From the NCBI RefSeq assembly GCF_009914755.1, contig NC_060936.1: DNA of 64,000 nt. The stretch is one strand, 5' to 3'. Shown here one piece after another: positions 40,055 through 52,460 of this stretch. Position 1 is the stretch's first letter; each line of letters begins with the position of its first letter. The notes below the pieces were generated by a model, which saw only the letters and a list, made by a program, of their open reading frames with translations, was not told where the DNA came from and made no database searches. Source of the DNA: the human T2T-CHM13v2.0 reference genome, Homo sapiens. The position numbers were made by a program, and so were the translations under genes.

Positions 40055-40262
40055 GTCAGTGGTTTGAATCTGAGCTTTACCATTTACAAGCAGTCATGAA
40101 ACTTAGGGTAAACTACTTCACTTCCTTGATAATTTCTTCATCTGCAAAATAAAGCACCCCAGAACCCAGTAACACTGGGTTACTGTGATGGTTCACTGCA
40201 ATGGTTAAGTGAGATACATATTAAAGCACTCCAAACACCACAATATGCTAAATAAATAATTA
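40055..40262 (+). mobile_element. MIR inside L3
   Basis: ggtttgaatctgagctttaccattta...tttcttcatctgcaaaat...ttaagtgagata. Confidence 0.65.
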
Positions 40263-40264
40263 TT

Positions 40265-40706
<442 letters not shown>

Positions 40707-41544
40707 CTATGAGATCTTTGAGACTATAAGAGAGAATGGTGGGCAGATTCATGGTGCAATCAAGGAGGCTCACAGCTAGATGAGGGGAATGCATCTTAGA
40801 AGGAGCCTTTGTGAACTGGTCCAAATTCACCCACGCAACAGCAGCATCCACCTGCCCCTGATCTTGAGCCGGTAAAAACCAGACCCTCTGATGTTGTGGG
40901 GCCTTCCCACCATTAATCTGTGTTTAAAAATGGCCTTTGGTTTGTCGACATTTGTATTAATGTATCGGTAATTTATAATTTATACCCAGCTACTTCCACA
41001 GAATGTATGAAGCAGGTAACCTGTTTATTCATGATTTGGATAAAGGCAGAGGGAGCTGCTTATAAAAGGATGACATCAATCCCCGAGTGACAGAATTTGG
41101 ATGTAAAATAGACCTTGGCAAGCCAAATCAAACAAGATGAAGTGCAACAGTGACAACCACCAGGTCCAGCACTTCAGTCCAAACCACAGCCCCCCAACAA
41201 AAAAAAACCCATCTATATAATAACAGGGTGGAGAATTTGCTTTGAAATAGCATGTGTGTTCAAGATTTAAAGCTTAGATGATAATGTCAATCAGAAGTTC
41301 AATGTGATTGTCAAAAAAAAGCAATGCAACCTCTCTTAGGCTACAACTGTAAACATAGAATATTCAGAATGAAGAAAAATGTTTTCCTGGTATGTTCTAC
41401 GTGGGACAGATCACATATGGACTACTAGTTCAGTTCTAGGCATTACCTAGAAGCACTTGAGGTCGTATAGAGGTGGTTTGACCAGAAAAAATATTTAATC
41501 TAAAAATTTTAAATTATACTAGTTGAAAGACCCAGTGGCATTTA

Positions 41545-42885
41545 TTTCCTAATACTTGCAGAACATCATTTACTCACACTCTATTCTCCCTTTAATCCTC
41601 TACTGAAATTGCTTGCATAGACGTCACCAGTAATCCCCATATCACCAAATGCAATGGTCAATTTGATCTCTCATCTTCCTCTGTCATCTGCATTCAACAA
41701 TGTTGACTACCCTCTTATTTGTGAAATGATTCCTTTTCTAGGTTCAATAACACTTCAGTATCCTGGTTTCTTCCTACTTCAGTGGTCAGTCTTTTCTGTC
41801 TCTCTCTGTCTCTCCTCCTTTTCTCACCCTCTAAAAGTAGAATGCTCCAGGGATTGATACCTGACATTTTTTCCATCTAACTAGGCTCACTCCCTAAATG
41901 ACTGCATCCATATCCATGGCGTTAAATACCATCTCTATGCTGACAGCTCCCAAGCTGATATGTCTAGTTCTGACTTCTTCAAACCTCAAGATTCAAATGG
42001 ATTTCTAAATCAGAAATACCTTAAACTAATTCAGACAAAAACACTTCCTGTTTTCTTGCACCAACGTTGCCTCTCCCTAAGTCTTCCGTATCTCAGTTAA
42101 TACCAACACCATTTATGCAACTGCATAGTCATCCACAATTCCTCTCTTTCCTTCATCCCTCCATATGCAACCTCCGCAAGTTAAGTCAGCTGTACAATGA
42201 ATATATATCTAGAATCTAACACTGTCCACCACCTTCATAACTGCGACCTTAATCCCCATCATTTCTCACCTAAATGATGAAACAGCCACCTAAGTGTCTC
42301 TCTCCCTTACAAACTATTCACTCTCTAGCTAGATTAAAACATAAAAAGACAACATCCTCCAATCATCCTCTTTCCATCACACTTAGAATAAAATGACTTT
42401 CCATTATAGAATAAAAATCCAAACCTCTTGCTGTAGCCTGAAAGGCCCTCATGATTCAGTTCCTATCTATCTTTCCAATTCCTTTTTTTAATACACTTAT
42501 GCTCACTACATTCCAATCACATTGACTGTCTAGCTACTGCTCAAACATACCAAACTCGCTCATGTCCTGGGGCATATGTCCTGGTTGTTGGTTCTCTAGT
42601 GGTCCACTCTCTTTGATCTATCAGGTATCTGCACAAATGCCACCTGCTCCAATAGATCTTCCATGACTACATTACCCAAAAGAACCCTAAACTCTCTATA
42701 TTTGTTGAGGAATTTAACATTGTCTAAATTTATATCATGTTTTACATGATTAATATTTATGTCCTCCACTAGCAAGTCAGTTCTACAACAGGGCTTTTGT
42801 CCATCTTCTTCATCACTACATTCCCAGTGGCTACAGCAATGCCTACCACTTAATTGGCAGTAATAAATGTCTGCCTACTAATCTG
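41545..42885 (+). mobile_element. L2 (L2a-like), about 1.3 kb 3' part
   Basis: tactgaaattgctt...gtcaccagtaa...ttaaataccatctctatgctgacagctcc...agaataaaaatccaaa...aataaatgtctg. Confidence 0.85.
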
Positions 42886-43311
42886 TGCATTACAGGTAGC
42901 CATCACACCCAGTCAAAAGTCTTTATTTCAGATGTATTAAGCATTCAAAAAATGGATGGGAACATGAAGGAGAAGTCCTGAGAGAGAGAACACAGAGAGG
43001 CCTTTCTACGATGCCTACCCTAAAGCTTGTACTGGAAAGACTAAGACTAAGTGAGAGAGATTTCCAGAAATGGGAAGGATCCAGAGAAATGTTCAGTCAA
43101 GAACCAAAAGGTTGGGAGAATCTTGATTTTAGACTTCTCAGAAATCAGGATGAAGTAGGAAGCAGCCAACCCTTAACCACAAAAGCCTAATTTCTACACT
43201 GTTCTCTTCCCAGATAAGGTAAGTAGAAAGACTTCATCTAAAACTATTGGTATTTCTTCATTGGTATTCCAAAATAATGGTAAACTGTTGTTTGCACTGA
43301 AAAGGGCTTTG

Positions 43312-43313
<2 letters not shown>

Positions 43314-43358
<45 letters not shown>

Positions 43359-43382
43359 TGTGCGTGTGTGTGTGTTTGTGTG
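43314..43382. repeat. (TG)n microsatellite with CG interruptions
   Basis: Directly visible. Confidence 0.95.
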
Positions 43383-43657
43383 AATGGCCACAGCTACTGT
43401 TGGGCAGCTTCTCTTCCATAGCTACAGCTTACAGCTCTCACCAGACCCCTGAGGCATGTTTCCTTTCCCCTTGCCCATTCAACCAGGGGTGATCACAGCT
43501 TCCAGCTGTTGCTAGTCTCCAGCCTGTTAGTCATCAGCTCATGCTAAGTCTCTTATTTCTTCCCACCACCTCTGCAAATAGTCCCTTTAACAAACTCTCT
43601 TCAATTAAACCCTTTGAGTATGCCATTGTCTCCCTGCCAGCACCCCGACTGAAACAC
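43383..43657 (+). mobile_element. ERVL LTR 3' half (LTR41-like)
   Basis: cagcttccagctgttgctag...aaatagtccctttaacaaactctcttcaatt...tttgagtatgccat...cgactgaaaca. Confidence 0.75.
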
Positions 43658-44719
43658 AGGTAGGACCCAAAAGATGAAACCCTTCCCTGGGGCAGCATCT
43701 TCTATCCAATCAATTTAATGTGGCTGCTATATATCTCCGTTTTGGTCACTACCTGAACTCCAAGACTGGTAGATTAATTTAACAACAATCTCTGTTTCTA
43801 GCTAATAAGCCATTGAATCACCATTCCCCCAGACATCTCCTTGATACGGTCCTACCTGAATATCCTTACACTTACAGTTCTGTTCTATTTTTACTCTCCA
43901 CTTAACCCTGCCTTCCCAAATGCAACCCACTAGCCATTCCCTAGGATGCCTCTGATGCTGCTGGTACCTCTGCAAGAAGGGTATCAGGTATCAGCCAAAG
44001 CAGCTAAGACTCAAAGATGAGCATGTGGCCCTGCAGAGCAATTGGAAAGGAAACCAGGAAAGTAAAGTAGAGGCCCATGGTGGAACTAGATTGTAAGAAC
44101 TGAAGGGATGGCTGCAGGTGCATGGCCAAGTTGCCAGACACTATAGATGGTAGGGTGTAGAGCTACTTGCTGTGGTAAAGCCTGGTTTGGGATGGGGACA
44201 GGTCTAAGCTAACAGAATGAGGTTCACCCTGCCTGAAGGTGAGCAGGGCTAGAAGCGGTAAGAGTGAATATTTTCCTCCTCCTCAAGCCTTCCTCTTACC
44301 CTTCAATATCTTCTGCTCACCACCAACCTACTCAAATTGCTGATTCTCCTAAAATATCTGTTACCACCACCAAGTCCTACCACTTGAGGAGACTATATGC
44401 ACATAGAGGCATGAATTCTGCCTTCTATTTCTGCTGTTTTCTGTAGCATTTAGCCTAGTGCTAAGTACCAAGAGGACTTCAGAAAATGTTTATTAATTCA
44501 CTAGCTAATCTTGGCAGCTGATTTTTCAGTGACTCTCACAGACTCAAATCCTAATACTCCTTGACAACCCATGCCTACCCATGCTCTTCCTCTGTGTCCA
44601 AATCTCTCCAGCCAACTGTTTCCATGTATGTTTTATTCAAAAATCAAAAATTACACAATAACTAAATTTCCAGAAGTTGCATGCCATTGACTCTTGTCCT
44701 TAGGAAACTATTTGGAAAC

Positions 44720-44930
44720 AGGGTTAGATACTATAGTTTACATATACATTATTTCCTTTTCTTCACAAAATTCGTTAATGGTGGGATGTGACAGGCATTG
44801 TGACTTCCACTTTAGAATTAATGAAACCAAGGCTCAGAAAGGTTAAGTAACTTACACAAGACTGCAGGGCTTGTAAGTGATTTTAACTCAGATTAGAATC
44901 CAGGTCTGTGCCCGCTATTCCACAGTGCTT
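44720..44930 (-). mobile_element. MIR
   Basis: gaaaccaaggctcagaaaggttaagtaactt...gattagaatccaggtctg. Confidence 0.75.
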
Positions 44931-45864
44931 CTCCGTTAGCACGTCTCTCTTCCTACCCCAGGTTGATACCCTCTTTCCTCCACAGGCTACCAAGTGGGTG
45001 TAACATCACAGACAGATGCCCATAACAGGGCATTTGGCCATCACGTACAACTTCATCACTGGCAGGAAGCCAAGACCCCAATCCACATGCTGAGTCCTGA
45101 CGCCTGGCTTCCACTTGCTGTTGCACTCACTCCTCAGGAGTGATGCTCACCAACACTCTATATGGAAAGCATGGCTCCAAGTTCTGATGTCAGCAAAGCC
45201 ATGTGTGCTCATACATCCTCAGCCTCTGATCATCTGTCAAGGCAGATATGACCAGCAGCCAGAAAACACTCTGCTCTGGTACTCTTCTAGGTCTCCAGCT
45301 AAAAAATCCGATCACAATCAGCAGCTTGTTGTCTTATTTCTCCTGTTCCTGGTTCACCTGAATGGATAAGATGCTTGTTTCCATTTCCCTCTAAAAGAAG
45401 ACCCAAGTTTTCTGAGAATAGATAGCCAGGAACTCCTGGGACTGTAAGATAGAGAGATAGAAGGAACAATTGGTCCATAGATGAGAAAAGTATGTGGAAA
45501 CGTAAGATTAACTTAGGGTTTTAAAGAGCCATAGCTAAGTAAGCTTGACCCTGTCATAGCTATTCAAAAGGCTAGCATATGTGACCAGTAAAAAATTATA
45601 AGCCCTCTGTATCATACAAATCTTGACTATAAGCCATAGTTAGTAACTGCTATGCTAAAACAGGACTCAATAAACTACTTCACACCAACCTCAGAACATA
45701 ACATGACCACACCTTCTTTTGGGATTCCCATAGCAATAATCATATGTGCATTTATGAAGCATTTCATCTCATCCTTAGAGGAGAAAAGCATTTTCTCCAT
45801 AGTAACAATACACTGAATGATCCTCCCAGAGCGCTGACTATTGTCAAGTCAGGGAATATATGAT

Positions 45865-46110
45865 TTAAAAGCATTAACTTGATTCAAACTGCCTGGGTTT
45901 GAATTCAGACTATGATACTTACTAGTTGGATTTCCTGCCATGAGTTACTTAGCCCCTTATGCATCTGTTTCCTCGCTTATAAAACTGTGATAAAAAATAG
46001 TACCTATTTGATGGCATTATTGTGGGAATTAAACTAAATCATACATATAAAGTAAATGGAAGAGTACCCTGCAGAAAGTAAATATTCAATAAATGCTAAC
46101 TATTATTAAA
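45865..46110 (+). mobile_element. MIR, near full length
   Basis: actgcctgggtttgaattc...tacttactag...gtttcctc...tagtacctatt...tattcaataaatgctaactattatt. Confidence 0.85.
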
Positions 46111-46119
46111 GACAAAGAT

Positions 46120-49100
46120 AAGTGGAAGCCTTCTGCTTTTTGCCATGATAAAATACCTGATTTCAGGCCAGTTTCCTACTGGAAACAGCTATAAAGCTGG
46201 ACAAAAGATGTGAGGCAACTATTTCCAGGCAGTGGACAATAAGCGGCATAAGACTTTGTTTCCTCAGAAAATGAAAACTTTATGAGATGAGCCCAAAATC
46301 ATCCTGGCTTTTTGGCCTAGAGACAATTTCCTGACAGAGAGCTAGAGTCAAAGCATAACACAGTGGCTGCACTGTGCTGAGGAGGCAGAGGTCATAGTTT
46401 GTGGCAGCTAAAAAGGCTAGAATCTGCAGGGTGGATTATCAGAGACACATGTGCAAAGAGGGCCCCATGAGTCCAAGATGAGGTCCTCTATGAATTCATG
46501 GCTGAGGGCTGAGTTATACATGCTCAGGGAAAGACTTCCAAGATTTTCTAGACAGCACCCATTACAGTGTTAAAGGTAAAACGCAGTTACTAGAGGTTGA
46601 GCACTGGTGGGGAAAGAGAAGTGCTGGAGCTGATTGGAGTTCCAGTCCTGCCAGAGTAGAACAGCCTTCTTTAAATGTTAAAACATCTGTGGCATCAATC
46701 TGAGATTCCAGAAATGCCCCTCTGTAGGAGTAAGATCTGTACCCCAAAATAAGACCTACTATAGTCTCACCCTAATAAAGACTACATTCAAACTACAACA
46801 AAATCCTCAAGGGAACAGTTTAAAGATTGAGTCTTACCAAGTTAGAGGGACTTGGAAAATGCCATGAGTTTTCCACAGATATGTAATAACAAAGCATAAA
46901 ACCAAGCCTGCAAAAGTTCAAGGTGATCAGCCAGTATTTAAGCTGCAAGAATTAATACTTTTCTAAGGGAAACAACAGAATCTAGTGTCTCTAAAACATA
47001 TTATCCAAAATGCCCAGTATTTAATTAAAAAACCATTTATACATACAAAGAAAATGGAAAATGTGACACAGATTTTGGACTTGGCATGTGAAACTTTAAG
47101 GCAGCTATTATAAATATGTCTTAAAAAGTACAGAAAATATGCTCAAATAATTAAAGGTAAATATGGCCCTAATGAGTGAACAGATAGGAAATCTCAGTGG
47201 AAAAGCAGAAAATTACAAAAAAAAGATGCAAATAAAAGTTCTATAACTAGAAAGTACACTAACTGAAATGAAAAAAAAAATCATTGTATGGGCTTAACAG
47301 CAAATTGGAGATGGCAGAGAGTTGGTGAACTTGAAGACAGATTAATAATATCATTGATCTATTCTTATTCTTTTATTTTTTTCACCTTGGCTGTCTGCCT
47401 AGAGACAATTTCCTGACTGCAGTAAAGAGCTAGAGTTCAAACAGCACAGAAATAAAAAAAAAAAAGGGGGGGAAAAAGATTGAAGAAAAATGAAAGAGCT
47501 GCATGTTAATATTTGACACAATATTAAATAATCTAACATATATATATATATAACTGGAGGAGTCCCAAAAGATTTTTTTTTAAATGAGATTGAAGCAGAA
47601 AAAAGCATGTGAAGAAATAGCAGCCAAAAATTTCCCGAATGCCAATTTGATTTTCACTGACTTACAGGTCCAAGAAGCTCAGCAAACCCAAGAAGGATAA
47701 ATAAAGGGAATCAAACCTAATTACATCATGAACTTCTGAAGACCTGGCTAAAGAGACGATCTTGAAAGTAGCCAGTAAGAAAGAAAAATAAATTAAGTAC
47801 AGGGAAACAAGGATAAAAATGACTGCTGACCAGAAGACAATGGAATAATATCTCTAAAGTGCCAAAAAAAGAAAAAAAAGAGAAAAAACTGTCAACCCAG
47901 AATTATATTCTCCAATAATGAGAGAAAAGTAAAAGCATTTTAAGATAAACAAAAGCTAAGTGACAGAACAGCCTTCGGGCTGAAGGGAAACAACACAAGA
48001 TGAAAACCCAGATCTACAAGAAGAAATAAGATGTACTGAAAATGGAAAATAAATGACTAAATATAAAAGGTTATGTTATCATTCTTTTTATAATTTACAG
48101 AAGATAACACTGTTTATTAAGACAAAAATGATTATAAGGTGAGGTTTATAGTATACATAGAAGTAAAAGATAGGACAACAATCATACTAAAGACAAGGTG
48201 GACAGTCATATGAAATTATCCTCCTGCGAAGTTATTACACTTCTGAAGTGGGAAGTGAGAATCAAGAAACAGGAAATAAAAATTGGGAGGTGATGGGTAG
48301 GAAGTGAGAAACAGGAAGTATGCAATGTCATACCTTACGTGTGAAGAGATACAATGTTGACTCTAAATAGACTAACATAATTAAGAATGCATTTTTTAGC
48401 CCTAGAGCAACCACTAAAAAGATACTAAGTAGAGGTATAAGTAAGAAGACAACAGAGGAAATAAAATAGACAATATGAAATATATTTTATTTACCCCAAA
48501 GAAGGCGGGAAAGAAGAAACAGAGAAGCAATGAAAATCAGAAATCACAAATGAAATCCAAATAGCAAGACATAGACATTAGCCTAACCACTTCAATAATT
48601 ACATTAAATATAAATATACCAACTCTCCACTTAAAGGGCAGAGATTGTCATGCTGAAAAAAAAGCAAGACCCAACTATATGTTATTTATAAGAAAAGCAT
48701 TTTAAATATAAAGGAATATATGGGTTAAAGTAAAAGGATAGAAAAAGCTGTACCCTGCAACTACATGATCCAGCAATTCTACTTTTTGACATATGTTCAT
48801 AATAATATTTGAATGTAAATGTCCTTTGTAGGTTTATTCGTAATAATCAAAAACTGGAAATGATCCACTTGTCCATAAATAGTAAACAAATTGTGGTATA
48901 TTCATAAATTCAATACTCAATAAAAAGGAACAAACTACTGATATGTGCAATAAAATAGGCAAATCTCAGTTTGCTAAGCAAAAAAAGCTAGATTCAAAAG
49001 ATTACATAGTGTGTAATTCCATTTATATGAAATTCTAGAGCAAAGCTAATTTGTGGGGATACAGATCAGAGTGATAGTTGTCTTGGGTAGGGAACTGGTG

Positions 49101-49290
49101 AGTAAAACTGACTGCAAAAGGGCACAAGAGAACTTCCTTCGATGATGGAAATGTTCTACTTCTTGATCAGAGTTGCTAGCTATTACAGTTGCTTATGTTT
49201 GTCAAAAGTCATGGACCTGTACACTTAAAATACGTAAATTTTTGTGGCAATTTTACTTCAATAAAGTTGATTTAATTTCTTAAAAAATAA
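46120..49290 (+). mobile_element. Old L1M (L1ME-like): 5' region, ORF1 and ORF2 start joined to a 3' end, most of ORF2 absent
   Basis: gcagctattataaatatg, ggtgaacttgaagacag, caagaagctcagcaaaccc, ctgtcaacccagaatt (ORF1); aagcaagacccaactatatg (EN start); tgatccagcaattctact to caataaagttgattt (3' end). Confidence 0.85.
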
Positions 49291-49591
49291 AGACAATTAA
49301 ATGCTTCTCTTCTCTTTTTGCCATTACATCAAACTTCAACTTACGCTCATTCAGGAAAGAAAGAAAAGAGAAATGGAGAATTAGAACAAAATAGGAGCTC
49401 ACCTCGAAAGACTTTAACTGTTCCCTACTCCTTGTCTATTCTGAATGTAGTCTTTGAATTACCATCCAATATCATTATTATTGTTACTAATCAACTTTGT
49501 TGATCTTCAGTAGCGTTTAGTTATCTATAAAAATCTAGTTTTTAAAATTCTGCTGTGGATCAGGGAAGTTCAAAAACACAAAATACATTCT

Positions 49592-50237
49592 TGATATGGT
49601 TTGGATGTTTATCCCTTCCAAATCTCATAGAAATGTGATCCCCAGTGTTGGAGGTGGGGCTTGATGTGAGGTGTTTGGGTCAGGGGGCTGAATCTTTCAT
49701 GAATGGTTTGGTGCCTTTCCCCAGGTAATGAGTGAGTTCTCCCTGCTGTGGTTCACAGGAGATCTGGTTGTTTAAAAGAGCATGGCATGCCTCCCCTCCC
49801 TCTCCCTTGCTCCTTCTGTTGCCACATAACACGCCTGTTTCCCCTTCACCTTCTACTATGATTGAAGGTTTCATGAGGCTCTCACCAGAAAGACAGATGC
49901 CTGCACCGTGCTTTTTTTTTTTTTTTTTTTTTTTTTCCTTTTTGAGACAAGGGCTTAGTCTGTCACCCAGGCTAGAGTGCAGTAGTGCAATTTTGGCTCA
50001 CTGCAACCTCTTCCTCCTAGGCTCAAGTAATCCTCCCAGTTCAGCCTCCTGAGTAGCTGGGTGCACACCACCATGCCCAGTTAATTTTTGTATCATTTTT
50101 AGTAGAGGTGGGGTTTCACCATGTTGCCCAGGCTGGTTAAAATGCTTCTTGTACAGCCTGCAGAACCATGAGCCAAATTTTCTTTATAAATTACCCAGTC
50201 TCAGGTCGTTTATAACAACACAAAATGGACTGATACA
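49592..50237 (+). mobile_element. MSTB solo LTR (MaLR) interrupted by an Alu
   Basis: tgatatggtttggatg...aaatctcat...gagatctggttgtttaaaagag...cttgtacagcctgcagaaccatgagcc...aaatggactgataca. Confidence 0.9.
49912..50137 (-). mobile_element. 5'-truncated AluJ inside MSTB
   Basis: poly-T then gagacaagg...ggctcaagtaatcctccc...ccatgttgcccaggctgg; tgctt repeated at both junctions. Confidence 0.9.
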
Positions 50238-50775
50238 GTTTTTAATCCAAGAAACATATCCAGCCCACAGAAAGTACACAGAATACAAAACTAGAAAGGG
50301 TTGAGTGTGCCTGTGCATTAGGTACGGCATCAAGGCAGGAGCTGGGAAGTAACCACAGTGACCTGTAAACCTGTAAGTGCAGGTCCATGGTCCAGTGGTA
50401 TTTGTATTGCAAGCTTATGAATATGTGGAGAAAAGAGTTTGCAATCTGTAGATTCTATTGCTAATTTTTACCAGTCCACTGAGATATTTACAGTTTCACC
50501 ATTATAAGTGAAACCAAGACTTAAATATTTTGCAATAGGGCCTGCCTTTTGAGTCTGTTCCATCCCATTCACCCCTCAGTGCCCTGATGCCACTTACACC
50601 CACAGCATCTGGGAAAACAATACAATTTACAGTTACTTAGATCCATTTTGATGGGCTTTACCTCAGACTGCTTTATGATTTATGGAAAAGCAGAATAAGG
50701 AAACCTTCTCACCTTTAAAGAATTCCACATAGCTCAGCCTGAAGGCATTATTCCCCAGCGGTTTTTATTTCTTAC

Positions 50776-50802
50776 CTTGCCGTTTGTCCTCCAACTCATC
50801 TC
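50776..50802 (-). other. Candidate 27-nt cryptic/micro exon downstream of a UG repeat
   Basis: (TG)n-cgccaag|GAGATGAGTTGGAGGACAAACGGCAAG|gtaaga. Confidence 0.2.
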
Positions 50803-50808
50803 CTTGGC

Positions 50809-50841
50809 GCACACACACACACACGCACACACACGTACACA
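50809..50841. repeat. Imperfect (CA)n
   Basis: Directly visible. Confidence 0.9.
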
Positions 50842-50859
50842 TGCAAACAGATAAGTCTC

Positions 50860-51060
50860 CAAACTACCAAAATGACGAAGTGGGAGAAAAGATTGATTTA
50901 TGAGGGTAATACAAGGGGTGTAACTAGGAGATAATGGGGTGAAATTGAGCAAAGGGAAGTGTAGGCTGAATATCAAGAAACATTTCAACTCAACAGAGTG
51001 TGAAGCAAGCTCCCAGGAGAAGCCAGGGAAGCCCTATGGCTGGAAATCATTAAACACTCA
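50860..51060 (+). mobile_element. CR1/L3 3' ORF2 fragment
   Basis: ORF-track peptide KLSKGKCRLNIKKHF matches the CR1 C-terminal motif KL...FRL.IRK.F. Confidence 0.7.
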
Positions 51061-51438
51061 ACCATGGGAAATAACAGGTGGCCTGGCTGGTAGAAAAAAA
51101 GGGAGCAGGGGTGAAATTTACATTTCACTAAAATCCTAGAACCACTTTGCTAAATAAGCCATTCTGTAACGGATGAGTGTTCCATCTCTGTATTATCTCT
51201 CTCCCTCCCTGCCCCACCCTGACATATACCCCACAATCACCCATGCTCTCCACACACCTTCCAACATGATGATTGAAACTAGGGGACTCTCCACACACCT
51301 TACAGGGACTTTGGGGCTCCAATTCACATTAACCCTCTCTCCAATTTCCCTTCATTTCCCACATTTTCTTTCACTAACCATTATTATTTATGCTAGTGCC
51401 CCACTAGCTTCCCCAGGGAAAGCAGACACACATATGTT

Positions 51439-51460
51439 CACACACACACACACACACACA
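51439..51460. repeat. (CA)n microsatellite
   Basis: Directly visible. Confidence 0.9.
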
Positions 51461-52304
51461 GTAGGTAGGAGGTAGATAGGAGGGTGGGTAGACAGGGGAT
51501 TCACACTCTCTGTGGCCGTTGGATAGAGCTGGGCCAGTTACCAAGAATGACCAAAACAGTACTGCTAGATATTGAGAATTAGCTTATATTTCAGTGCCTT
51601 CTATTTTTAGTATTTTGATACTCCTTTATGTTCCCACATTGAACCTGGTCAAAAGCTAAAAATGCCTGTAACTAGCACACAGCTCCCCACAAACCTTGCA
51701 GCCAGAAAGTTGTCCCAGAAGAAAAGCTGACAACTCCAGTCATATGCATGATAAGGCTGAGGCAGGTTGCCAAACCCTCCTGCTGTGAAGATGGACAAAG
51801 GGACAAGAAAAAAATCACAATGATGCTCTGATTTCAAAGCCAGGTGAGGAATGGGATTGGGTGTGACCTTTTGTTTCTGAGTCTGAGGTGTAAAATTCTG
51901 TGGGGTAGGATGGAGGATATAAACTGTGGGGAGCATGACTTGATAGTCTAGAGAAGTTGGGGACAGGACAGCCACCTCAGTGGCTGAGGTAGATCGGCAT
52001 AAACTGCCCTTAAACTGGACCCACAGGGAAGTGGTGGCCGAGGCATGCAGCATTCACAGCATCAAACCCAGGGGACCATCACTGCAGATTTCCAGTCTGT
52101 TAGCGTCCTAAGGACAAATGAAAAGTGTCACTTCTAGATCTACGTGTGTGCAAACCATGGTAGCCGAAGGCTGAAAACAACTAAACATAAGATTGAAAGC
52201 TGATCAGGTGAGAATGAAAATGAGGCCCAACTGTGACTAATTCTATGCTGGCTCCCGCAGCGCAGTGTCTGCTAAGGACAACTGGAAAAGCTTAAATGTT
52301 AGCA

Positions 52305-52460
52305 TGTTACTGCCCTCTCCTGGGCAAAAGGTCAAAGTCGGTACAAATGTTTGAGTCACAACTTGTTCAAGTTTGTGTGCCCCATAGCAGTTAATCTTTA
52401 ATCCACTCTTTTACAAGCCTTTGAAAAAAGGTCTGCTTTTACCGTCTTCCACGTGCAAAC
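52305..52460. promoter_or_regulatory. Candidate enhancer: CTCF-like, DR1, AP-1, HNF1-like and E-box cluster
   Basis: CCAGGAGAGGGCAG (minus, 52310-52323), GGGCAA-A-AGGTCA (52322-52334), TGAGTCA (52352), GTTAATCTTTAAT (52390), CACGTG (52450). Confidence 0.4.

Noticed and set aside
44986-45140. Plus-strand acceptor ctctttcctccacag with an open frame
   Set aside because: No matching donor before the stop; unrecognised peptide; opposite to the inferred host strand
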